Under the pieces are notes generated by a model that saw only the letters and a list, made by a program, of their open reading frames with translations, searched no databases and had not been told where the DNA came from. Of a DNA stretch of 32,011 nucleotides, positions 1-8,953 are shown piece after piece (positions within the stretch are counted from its first letter, which is position 1; the number at the start of each line of letters is the position of its first letter). The DNA comes from Stramenopiles sp. TOSAG23-3 (Eukaryota), in assembly GCA_900128585.1 (NCBI GenBank), contig LT642220.1:1-32011 (forward strand), read 5' to 3'. Made by a program: the position numbers and the translations under genes.

Positions 1-1
1 T

Positions 2-3000
2 GAGCAAAATCCCGGTCATCGGCAAACACGCGGAAGGCGCGTGAAAGTAGCAGTACGGGATCCCCGTATTGCCGAAGTTCTTCGTGCTGACGATGCCGAT
101 GAAAACACGATTACCATTTCCCAAGGAGATTTTATCAGCAGTGTACTATCTGTTGAAAGTTACGACATTCCAGAAATTAGCGACGGTTTTCTGATAAAAA
201 CGGATTCCAATAATCTCATCGAAGGCGAAGCAAGAATATTAATAGAACTGGACGATGGGGGGCAAGAAGAATGCCTCATTGATATAGTTCAACAGCCAAG
301 GGCTTGCCATTTAAATGCCGATGAATTTAAAGAAAGTGTACATCGAATGACAAATGAAAAGGTCGAGTGGGTGGAGAGCAAAGAGAACGACTGCACCCCA
401 GAAGAGAGAGAAAGAGAATTAGCATTCAGGAAACACATCAGTAATTACTGTGTCAAAGGAATGTTCGAAACAGGATTAAAGCGCTATTCCTATTTGTTTC
501 CAGTTAATAATGGAAGTACTTCCACTACTGCCATTGGTAAAGGTGTTAGGTTTGGTCCCGAATTCGCATTAGTTATCAAATTCAAAGAAGTTGATGAACT
601 TTTGGAGGAGGTACAAAGTTACGACTTTGCACTTGATGAAAATGCATCGGAGAATGCAAAACATCAGCATACTTACATGATGGATTTAGTTCAAGCCTTA
701 AAATACGGAAGGATTGAAGATCAGAGAAGCGACAGCGAAAGCGAAGAGGAAGACGACGAGGACGAAGCCAATACTTCTTTCTCCCCAACGAGGGTCGAAA
801 ACGTTCACCAAAGCATACTGGAAATCAGCGGAAAAACAAAAATTTTCACTGCAGAAGGTAAAGATTCTATTGCTGATCAAATTTACATACGATCAAAAAT
901 TAAGCACTATACTCGTCGCGATAGTGAAGAAATGAAGGCCCTAAGGATGTTCATCGAAGACATGATTGTTTATGTTCCAAATACTTTTCTTGAAGGGAAG
1001 AAGACGGAAATCAGAGACATTCCTGGTGCGGCAGACAACGATTCCATAAAAACTGTCAATTTGTTGAAGGAATTGGATGTAGCCGATCATGTTATTGTTG
1101 TCATGGCAAGAAACCTGGATGCAGACAGCGAAATGAAAAGACTGTTGGAAACATGCTTACTCCCGCGGTATATCGGCTCAAAGAACATATCGTCATGGCT
1201 ACTTCTCTCGACACTTCCCGCGAAAACTTCACAGCAATTTCTGGTAGAGGAACTTTTAGAGCGTGTGCAGCAAGGCGAGGAAGCAAAAGAAGGACTTGTC
1301 AAAGAAGCAAAAGAGCTTTTCTTAAGAGACTTACATCATAAAACGCAACACCAGAAAGAGAAAGAAATGAAAACAAGAATGGACCTTTTTGAAAAGTGTT
1401 ATGCTGAAAATGATCGTGGCAGAGGCATGAGGCGCTTGGATATTGACTTTGTTATAATTCCAGAAAAGGACGACCCGCTGACTGGGAAGGGGATGATAAA
1501 AAAGATTAACGGTGAAGATGGCGATAGGTTAGAAAAGCTAAAGAAGGATAACGACTGGATCACGAGGAACAAGTGTTTGAAGAAGCTCCTTCAAAAAATG
1601 GTTCCAGGAAAAGCTTGCAGATCCATGCGAAAAATGCTTAAGGAAAAACCAAGGGTAATAACGCTTTATCCATTCTTGTATACATCAGTTGTTACCTCAA
1701 TCCAATCCGGGTTTGAAACAAGTGAAGTAACCCATTCCCCAGATCGGCCATTTGACCGCCATATTGTTATGGGTGCCTCTGGTGGTCGAGAATGGCTACA
1801 TTTGTTTGATTCAGGGGAAGCTAGGCATTTAAGGCATTGCGTAAACAATCTGATTCGAGCATTTGAACGTTATGACATACGAAAACACCCGGATCATTTT
1901 GGATCTTCCGCCCAGGTTTATCACCCACAAATAACAGTCTATGCAAAAAGGTTGAAACGCCGTGAAAGAAAGAATGGTTTTATTCAAGCCATGAAAGTCC
2001 CTATTTCATCCTCGTTTGGACCGATTCCCAACCTAGTGCATTTCTCCCAAGAGGAAGAAACAAGGCTTTTGACAAACGTGTCCACACTATTTAGCGAGTT
2101 TTGCGGAAGGCACAGAAATAACCCACAGGATATTGTACGAGCCATGTCGACCTCAAAGACAGCAAAAGAATTTTACATGCAGGTGAGAAATGTGATGTTG
2201 AAATCCCAGGTATTTAATATTATTCAAACCAGATGGATTGAAAACTCGCAACGAATTAAACAAATAATTATTGAACACTTTGAAAAGCATTTGCATGAAT
2301 CAGTAAAAACAAGTTACGAGCAAAACAAAGATGTGCCACAAGATGTTCGGGAGCAGCTGGGGACAATAATTAAACAGTGTTTGGAGCATTATGCACAGAG
2401 TGCATTGAGTGTTGAATTTAAGAAGCGACACAGTATCGGATGGCTCAACACCAGGTCTAGTTCAAACCAGCTGTTATGGCGGAAAAAGTTGGAAAATCGT
2501 TTGGGAAACTATCTATGTAAAACAAATTTTAAATACAATGCGAAAGAAATGAGAGGAAAGAACCTTGAATTCATTATGGCACGTTTTAATGAGCAATCGA
2601 AACTTTATCTCCAATGCTGTGAGAGAGAGGTGCTTGAAGTAACGGAGAAAACCTGGAATGATGCCTTCATCAAGACGCGCGAACGTGTATTGAAATTAAT
2701 ACCGAAAAAGTTGTATGTAAAGATGATTAGATCATGCACATCTGACCAAAGGGGAAAACAAAAATTCTTTGAATGCTTACAGCGTCTTGATAAAACTTTA
2801 AAAATGCTGAAAGGCAACGTTGAAAATATTCGTAGCGAACTGATAAATTCGACAGATGTTAGTAATGCAGTTTCTGAAAAACGCATAAGAAGAATGCGCA
2901 TTATTGATTCGATTTCTGATTACAATCCAAGCAACGTTATGATACCTAAGCGCCGTACCATGAACGAAAAGGGGAAAGATGAATGGTCAAGACGCTGTCG

Positions 3001-4528
3001 TGAGACTAACGAACACGAACAAATCGGCCGATTGCACAATTTCTTTACATCATTGCCACCAGAATCTACCCTAGCCGAGATGCAAAATGTAGAATGGAAG
3101 GTTATACTGCGACCGTATCGTCTATCTAGGGATGACAGGTCAAGTGAAGGAACATTGTGCGAAGCGCTAGACTCTCTTGCCAAAAAGAAAAGCAAAGCAG
3201 CACCAATCTTGACGTCCCACCAAGAAAGCCCTGAAATGAAAAAGAGGAAACATTATCGCCGCAGAAAAGTTTTTCGGTGTTGCTTTGTATACATTGTCGA
3301 AATGGTGTTTCGTACCGACGAATCCCAAAGATTTTTTGAAACCGTTTTCAGTATGACACTGAAAGACTTCCAAAGCAAGTTTGCTCACTGGGACATGAAA
3401 ATGGCATCTGATCCAATGCCAAACGAGTTAAAAACTCCTTTAATCCTTGGGTATGCAACTTTGTATAACATCAATTTAGATGTATGGGTACGCCATAAAT
3501 CAATTGCTCCCACAACAACATTTTTTCGCATTTCACCGTACAACACACAGACAGCAAACGGTGGTCGTTCTAAACTCTTCAAAAGTCCGTGGACTTGCTG
3601 CCTCTGCTGGGATGGAATGGACAAGTTCCGCAGCGTTCGAAAGCTGCAGACTAATTTTGATGGGAGTGCAAGTGAATGTTCCAGGCCATCCGAACAAGCG
3701 TATAAGAACAGTTACAAGAGAAGATTCATTGGGGAAAACACGGAATTAAGAGCAGCCATTTTAAGAAATTCTATTGCCCGTAGTCGCGGTGACGGAGTAG
3801 TAGATGGGGTTGAATTGCCGAAAGAAACTGATAAGTTTCACCCTGATTGGGATTTCAAAGGTTTACCCGACGGGAAAAAACTTTACTTTCGCAAAGATGG
3901 TATGACGGCAAAGAATCGATTTTATGCCCAAATTAAACAGAGTGGATACGAATTCAACGAACGAGCTTCAACCGCTGAGTTTATTGTTTTTGCTCCAATT
4001 TCCAATAGAGGTGAAGAAAAACGGGTGACATTACCGTTTCACAGAATAGATACTTGTACTCTTGACTTTCATTGTAAGCAGTGCACACTCATATTTAAAG
4101 CCTTTAGTCTCGGATCTATTAAAAACCGTTGGTATTCGCTGGTTTTAGAAAATGGATACCGTTTTGATCACGCCCGTTCAGTGGGGGAACGGTATGAGTT
4201 TGTCAGAAAGGAGGAAGGATCTTCTAGATTACCGGAGAGCATTCCCGTAGTCTGCTCTGGCCTAAGCGGACACCGCTTTGACCAATGTTATACGAGGAGT
4301 TGCATGCATTGCAAAGCAATCTGCCCTTGGATTGTAATCAAGATCAAGGAAGCAAAAAAAAAGATCGGGGCGAGCAGCGTGGAACCAGTAGAGAGTGGGA
4401 GCTCCGCAGGACCCCAATGTGGAACATGTGCGGAAACTGGTCACAGTGCGAGGGATTGCCCAAATGGGAGGACATGCAGTCCACGCAACTTGGCAAACCG
4501 AAAGAAAAGAAAACGCGGTAGTAATTAA
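2..4528 (+). CDS. Large dynamin-like (Dynamin_N / SLIP-GC-like) GTPase with C-terminal OTU-like domain, tandem Cys/His repeats and CCHC zinc knuckle; 5'-partial
   Basis: The frame is open from position 2 (EQNPGHRQTRGRRVKVAVRD...), so GTG at 41 is unlikely to be the start. G2-like LFPVNNGSTSTTAI (~500-535). G3 motif in VYVPNTFLEGKKTEIRDIPGAADND (DIPG at 1016-1027), followed by LDVADHVIVV. Long helical region, then CGTCAETGHSARDC (4418-4459) and terminal RKKRKR. No G1/Walker A is visible in the window; it is presumably upstream. Confidence 0.7.
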   Translation, partial: EQNPGHRQTRGRRVKVAVRDPRIAEVLRADDADENTITISQGDFISSVLSVESYDIPEISDGFLIKTDSNNLIEGEARILIELDDGGQEECLIDIVQQPRACHLNADEFKESVHRMTNEKVEWVESKENDCTPEERERELAFRKHISNYCVKGMFETGLKRYSYLFPVNNGSTSTTAIGKGVRFGPEFALVIKFKEVDELLEEVQSYDFALDENASENAKHQHTYMMDLVQALKYGRIEDQRSDSESEEEDDEDEANTSFSPTRVENVHQSILEISGKTKIFTAEGKDSIADQIYIRSKIKHYTRRDSEEMKALRMFIEDMIVYVPNTFLEGKKTEIRDIPGAADNDSIKTVNLLKELDVADHVIVVMARNLDADSEMKRLLETCLLPRYIGSKNISSWLLLSTLPAKTSQQFLVEELLERVQQGEEAKEGLVKEAKELFLRDLHHKTQHQKEKEMKTRMDLFEKCYAENDRGRGMRRLDIDFVIIPEKDDPLTGKGMIKKINGEDGDRLEKLKKDNDWITRNKCLKKLLQKMVPGKACRSMRKMLKEKPRVITLYPFLYTSVVTSIQSGFETSEVTHSPDRPFDRHIVMGASGGREWLHLFDSGEARHLRHCVNNLIRAFERYDIRKHPDHFGSSAQVYHPQITVYAKRLKRRERKNGFIQAMKVPISSSFGPIPNLVHFSQEEETRLLTNVSTLFSEFCGRHRNNPQDIVRAMSTSKTAKEFYMQVRNVMLKSQVFNIIQTRWIENSQRIKQIIIEHFEKHLHESVKTSYEQNKDVPQDVREQLGTIIKQCLEHYAQSALSVEFKKRHSIGWLNTRSSSNQLLWRKKLENRLGNYLCKTNFKYNAKEMRGKNLEFIMARFNEQSKLYLQCCEREVLEVTEKTWNDAFIKTRERVLKLIPKKLYVKMIRSCTSDQRGKQKFFECLQRLDKTLKMLKGNVENIRSELINSTDVSNAVSEKRIRRMRIIDSISDYNPSNVMIPKRRTMNEKGKDEWSRRCRETNEHEQIGRLHNFFTSLPPESTLAEMQNVEWKVILRPYRLSRDDRSSEGTLCEALDSLAKKKSKAAPILTSHQESPEMKKRKHYRRRKVFRCCFVYIVEMVFRTDESQRFFETVFSMTLKDFQSKFAHWDMKMASDPMPNELKTPLILGYATLYNINLDVWVRHKSIAPTTTFFRISPYNTQTANGGRSKLFKSPWTCCLCWDGMDKFRSVRKLQTNFDGSASECSRPSEQAYKNSYKRRFIGENTELRAAILRNSIARSRGDGVVDGVELPKETDKFHPDWDFKGLPDGKKLYFRKDGMTAKNRFYAQIKQSGYEFNERASTAEFIVFAPISNRGEEKRVTLPFHRIDTCTLDFHCKQCTLIFKAFSLGSIKNRWYSLVLENGYRFDHARSVGERYEFVRKEEGSSRLPESIPVVCSGLSGHRFDQCYTRSCMHCKAICPWIVIKIKEAKKKIGASSVEPVESGSSAGPQCGTCAETGHSARDCPNGRTCSPRNLANRKKRKRGSN

Positions 4529-4967
4529 ATGATCAATTTTATACATGCGTACTACTTATTTCATATTTCGTTGTGCTCTTCACGTGTTTGTCTGTACTGT
4601 CGTGCGTCGTACTGTGTTACTCGTATTTATTTAATTATTTAATTAAATTGTGTTTTTGTTGTTGTTATTATTAGCCGTTATTATTCCCAACAATAAAAAT
4701 AATAATAGGCGCACAGTATTAAAAATACTACAAATTTCAAATAAATAATAATAATTATTATTATTATATTTTTTCGATCATCGGCGCGCATAGGATTATT
4801 TTTCAAAACAATTCAATGAACAAAAAAGAAGATGAAAATCATATATATATAAATATATTGTGTTCGTGTGCATGAACGAGAAGAGGTTGAAGAATGATAG
4901 CGAACGCTCATCAGTTTTTGTTGCTATAGTTGGTTTGTTGACGTTCGTTAAATAATAGTTGTACACG

Positions 4968-7742
4968 ATGGCCACAAACGCACGCGCGGTGACAGCCCCG
5001 CCATCGAAGCGGGCGTCCCTGAGTACGGAAATTGTAAAACCGGGGACTGCGCCTTCACCGGATAGATCTGCGCTCCGGGCCGCCCTCCCGCTGGTGATCC
5101 CAGAGAGTGAAACGGAGGCACCAAAAATAGAAATTAACGGTCCGCACGTGGTAACGTTTGGGTGGGGGGACCACGGCAGGACGGGAATTACGATGGACAC
5201 GTACAAGAAAATTGGTCTGACGCCTCGCCCTTGCTTTTTGACGCTGCAGGAACAGATTAAAATGGAGCAGGAGGCCGCAATAAACAAGCACAAGAAAAGG
5301 CGAAAAAAAACGGATGCCGATGCCGAAGCAGTTCCAGACTGGTCGAGTATACCCCTTCCCATCCTGCAGCTGTTGTCAGACAAAACGAAGGGGAAGGCGT
5401 GCGAAGTTGCTTGTGGGGACAGGCACACCCTTATGATGACGAACAAGGGGCAGGTTTGGGCTTTTGGGGACAGCGCGCTTGGGGCGTTGGGGCTTGGCGG
5501 GACGAACGACTGGGAAGACCCGGAGGCAGGGAAAGAGCTAAAGCCAAAGATGGCTCGTCGCTACATTAAGCGACCGCCAAAATCTACCCGAACGGTGAAG
5601 CACCATAACCCAGATCCCAAAGTAGTGGATTTGAAAGCTGTTGGGTGCGAGTTTGTAGTGCACATATACGCCGGCGGCTACTCATCATACGCGCTCAGCG
5701 GGAAAGGGCAGATCTATGCGTGGGGGGAGAACACCCACGGCCAGCTCGGGGTGTTCAACGACGAAGAGCACGCGGCAGACATAGAAAAAGAAAAGGAGGA
5801 CGAGAGAAAGAAGAAGCCAATGTGGCAGATGGCGAAGACGCCCGAGGAGGAAGCCCGGGAAAAAGCGGAGCAAGAGGAGAAAGATAGGTTGGAGGCGGAA
5901 ACGTTGAAAGCGTTGGAAGATGAGCAGAAGCGGCTGGAGGAGGAGAGAAAAAACGACGTTCAGGTGAACCCTTTGCGGCAGCTTAGTACGGTGCGTATAC
6001 CCCGGTTGGTCAGAAAGTTGAAGAAAATTCTGATAAAGCAGTTGGCGTGTGGCCGTCGCCACGTAGTAGCGCTTGCAAAGGGGGCTGGCGCGATATATTC
6101 ATGGGGGTACAACAATTGTGGGCAGCTCGGCATGCTGGATACCAACGACCGTCGTCTACCGTGTCGCGTCGAGACTCTTCGGGGAATGGTCGTCATAGAA
6201 CTTGCCGCTGGAAGGCATTACACGGTTGCCGTGGGGACGACAGACAGCCCAAACTTTTTGGGAAACAAGCTGTCCCGAAAAACAAAAAAGGCGAGGGAAA
6301 AGCTAAGGTTGGTGGCGGGGTGGGGGGAGAACACGAACGGCCAGTTGGCCCTTGGTCACTACGACTCCCCCGTGCTGACCCCGGCGACCTCGCTGGCCCT
6401 TGCAAGCTGGGGAAAGAAAGACGGGGGCCCAACAAAGCCAAAAAAGATACACTCAGCCACCTGCGGCGCGTTTCATACCCTGTTCAAAGACGAGCAGGGG
6501 CGGCTTCTATCGAGTGGAAACAACAGGTTCGGGCAACTCGGCCATGGGGATTTGTACGACCGGTGCTTCCCCATATTCATTGATTCCATTGCTAGCATCT
6601 CGGTCATGGCATGTGGGGATCGGTGGTCTATTGCGGGGACGTCGAACGGTCTTATATACACGTGGGGAAGCAACACATACGGGGAGCTCGGAACCGGCGA
6701 CAAGTCCTGCTACCTGCAACCCGAAATATTAAGCACCCTTAAGGAGGTTCGCCCACTTTGGGTCAGCGCAGGAAACAGGCACAACGCAATAATTGTCACC
6801 GACAAAGAGGACGATTCGAAGCCCGCGTTTAGGCGCGCCAACACCCACGAGACGATTACCATAAGCGAGGACAGGCGGACCGCTACCCGGACCGTGGAAG
6901 AGAACGAATTTGTTCACTCTGGCATTTGCTTGCCCTCAGTGTCCGAGGGAAAATACAGGTGGGACGTTTCCATTGGCGCTATGTCCAGCGACAGCGTGCC
7001 GACTGTGGTCGGGTGCTGCTTCGAAAACGCTGACTTATCTGCGGACCCAACGTACGTGATAAACGCATGGACGTACAATTCGACGGGGGAGAAATGTTTT
7101 TGCGACACGGGCCCGGAAGAGTACGGCGAACCGTACTACGAAGGGGATATTGTCGGGGTGGAAATCGACCGGGACATAGGGTACGTCAGGTTTTACAGGA
7201 ACAACGTGCAGCAGGGAATAGCCTATTACGTAAATTTTGAGCAGGACGACCGGGACCTGTTTCTCTACGTGGGGATGCCTGGCGAAAACGACACGGCGAC
7301 CCTTTTGGTTACCGAGGACGATAACGTCGACGAGGACGAGGACGAGGAGGAAGTGTTGATATGCCTCAATGAAGAAGAAGACGAAGCCAAAAGGCGCGCG
7401 CCTTTGCAAGTCTTCTTTGAGTGCGCCTCCTGCAAAGTCATGATTTGCCGGTCCTGCGCTTACCAGTGCCACGGGGGCCATGCTGTCGGCTTGAAGATTC
7501 AGCACGGGTTTCGAATGTGTGACTGCAGCAAATCACGCCCGCAGGACCACCAGTGCATCTCTTTGCCAGAGGTGGATTCGGACGAGGAAGGCGGTGGCGG
7601 TGGCCGTCGTGCGAGGCGGCACAAGAAGGCGGGGTCCAAGAAGGTAAAAAAGTACAGCAGTTTGGCGACGCCAGCAAAATACTCCTTCCTGGATTTGCTG
7701 CATGGGGAGCCGGAGGATGCGGGAATGCAGGTAAAAAAGTAA
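4968..7742 (+). CDS. RCC1-repeat beta-propeller protein with SPRY domain and C-terminal UBR-type zinc finger
   Basis: Multiple RCC1 repeats (VACGDRHTL..GQVWAFG, YAWGENTHGQLG, YSWGYNNCGQLG, YTWGSNTYGELG). SPRY signature (GKYRWDV..YGEPYYEGDIVGVEIDRDIGYVRFYRNNVQQGIAY). Cys/His cluster FECASCKVMICRSCAYQCHGGH..CDC. First ATG at 4968. Confidence 0.85.
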   Translation: MATNARAVTAPPSKRASLSTEIVKPGTAPSPDRSALRAALPLVIPESETEAPKIEINGPHVVTFGWGDHGRTGITMDTYKKIGLTPRPCFLTLQEQIKMEQEAAINKHKKRRKKTDADAEAVPDWSSIPLPILQLLSDKTKGKACEVACGDRHTLMMTNKGQVWAFGDSALGALGLGGTNDWEDPEAGKELKPKMARRYIKRPPKSTRTVKHHNPDPKVVDLKAVGCEFVVHIYAGGYSSYALSGKGQIYAWGENTHGQLGVFNDEEHAADIEKEKEDERKKKPMWQMAKTPEEEAREKAEQEEKDRLEAETLKALEDEQKRLEEERKNDVQVNPLRQLSTVRIPRLVRKLKKILIKQLACGRRHVVALAKGAGAIYSWGYNNCGQLGMLDTNDRRLPCRVETLRGMVVIELAAGRHYTVAVGTTDSPNFLGNKLSRKTKKAREKLRLVAGWGENTNGQLALGHYDSPVLTPATSLALASWGKKDGGPTKPKKIHSATCGAFHTLFKDEQGRLLSSGNNRFGQLGHGDLYDRCFPIFIDSIASISVMACGDRWSIAGTSNGLIYTWGSNTYGELGTGDKSCYLQPEILSTLKEVRPLWVSAGNRHNAIIVTDKEDDSKPAFRRANTHETITISEDRRTATRTVEENEFVHSGICLPSVSEGKYRWDVSIGAMSSDSVPTVVGCCFENADLSADPTYVINAWTYNSTGEKCFCDTGPEEYGEPYYEGDIVGVEIDRDIGYVRFYRNNVQQGIAYYVNFEQDDRDLFLYVGMPGENDTATLLVTEDDNVDEDEDEEEVLICLNEEEDEAKRRAPLQVFFECASCKVMICRSCAYQCHGGHAVGLKIQHGFRMCDCSKSRPQDHQCISLPEVDSDEEGGGGGRRARRHKKAGSKKVKKYSSLATPAKYSFLDLLHGEPEDAGMQVKK

Positions 7743-7926
7743 GGGCTTAAGAATTTAAACATTAATAAGATACGTACTGACGAAATGTTACGCATCGCGG
7801 GAGCAAATGCATGAATCACTTTCAGTAACTGAACATAATTTTTTCCCTATATTAATTTTGTTTTTTTAAATGAGAGTCTTAAAACATACTATATAATTTG
7901 TTTTTTAATTTTGTTTTTTTATACAA

Positions 7927-8469
7927 TTATTTGGACGTGCTCGCACTCGAGGAAGCCGCTTGGTCTTGGCGCCTTCGCCGCAGCTTTTCCTGACTGACAC
8001 TTTCCAGTGAGTTTTCAGCCTCCCGGGCCAAGGCGTCCAGCTCCGTGGAACTGACGCTAGTCACCAGAGATTCTACTATCTGAACCTGTGCTTTGTTCGC
8101 GAACCGAATAACTTTTCCTTGCACGTGCGGCCACACCTTTGTTGCGAACTTCTCCTCGTTATTCTTTATAAACGGGACGGCAAGGCTTTCATACAATATG
8201 CTCGCCCCGTTGGACTGGGGGACTAGCATGTACAGCAGCAACAACAGCTTGGCGTAGTCGTAGAAAGGGAGCCACGATACCCATGGGTCGATCGTCATGT
8301 CAAACAATATAAGGAACGAGTACATTACCCAAAACTTAAGCATAGTGACGGACTTTTCCTTCGCTTCGGCGTTTTTCGAAACGCCGCCTTTAACTATTTT
8401 GAAACTGCTATATGAACCGGCCAACAGCCCCAAAAACGTCAGGCCTTGGGCAACAAACAAAACCCCCAT
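7927..8469 (-). CDS. TB2/DP1/HVA22 (REEP/Yop1) family membrane protein
   Basis: Motifs YSSFK, LKFWVMYSF, WLPFYDYAKLLLLLYMLVPQSNGASILYE. First ATG of the frame is at 8469. Confidence 0.88.
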   Translation of the reverse strand: MGVLFVAQGLTFLGLLAGSYSSFKIVKGGVSKNAEAKEKSVTMLKFWVMYSFLILFDMTIDPWVSWLPFYDYAKLLLLLYMLVPQSNGASILYESLAVPFIKNNEEKFATKVWPHVQGKVIRFANKAQVQIVESLVTSVSSTELDALAREAENSLESVSQEKLRRRRQDQAASSSASTSK

Positions 8470-8953
8470 CTTGCGGTTACTAAACCGTTGATACTCTAAA
8501 AGGAAGAAAGAAAGAACAGCCAGAGAAACGAAGAAACCGTGCAACAAATGCTTCAGCGATTTCAATTTCGAAAGGCCCCCCTAATTTGGAAACACAGTTT
8601 TACCCCACCATGAAGGTTTTTCTTTCTGTGTCCAGAAATGAAATTCGATCATCAAGATGATACCTATTATTAATTAATAATAAATAATTATTGTTTTTAT
8701 TATTTTTTTTTTTTGTTGTTGGTTGTTGTTGTTTTGTTTTTTTCAAATTTCAAACAACTCCTCTGTGGTAAAAAAATATTATTGAATATTCTTGCTGTGT
8801 CGATATTAATATTATAGTCTTAAAGTGATCATAATACCTGTAGTACTATTAATACTACTTCCTTCTTGATTTTTTTAATTAAATAAAAAATAAAAAGAAG
8901 TAGTTGGAGAATTATTTTTTACTAATATTTATATACATTACACAGCATAAGAA

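Noticed and set aside
4418-4459. CCHC knuckle as evidence that ORF1 is a retrotransposon gag/pol
   Set aside because: No capsid, protease, reverse transcriptase (YxDD), RNase H or integrase motifs and no LTR are visible. The GTPase motifs explain the ORF better.
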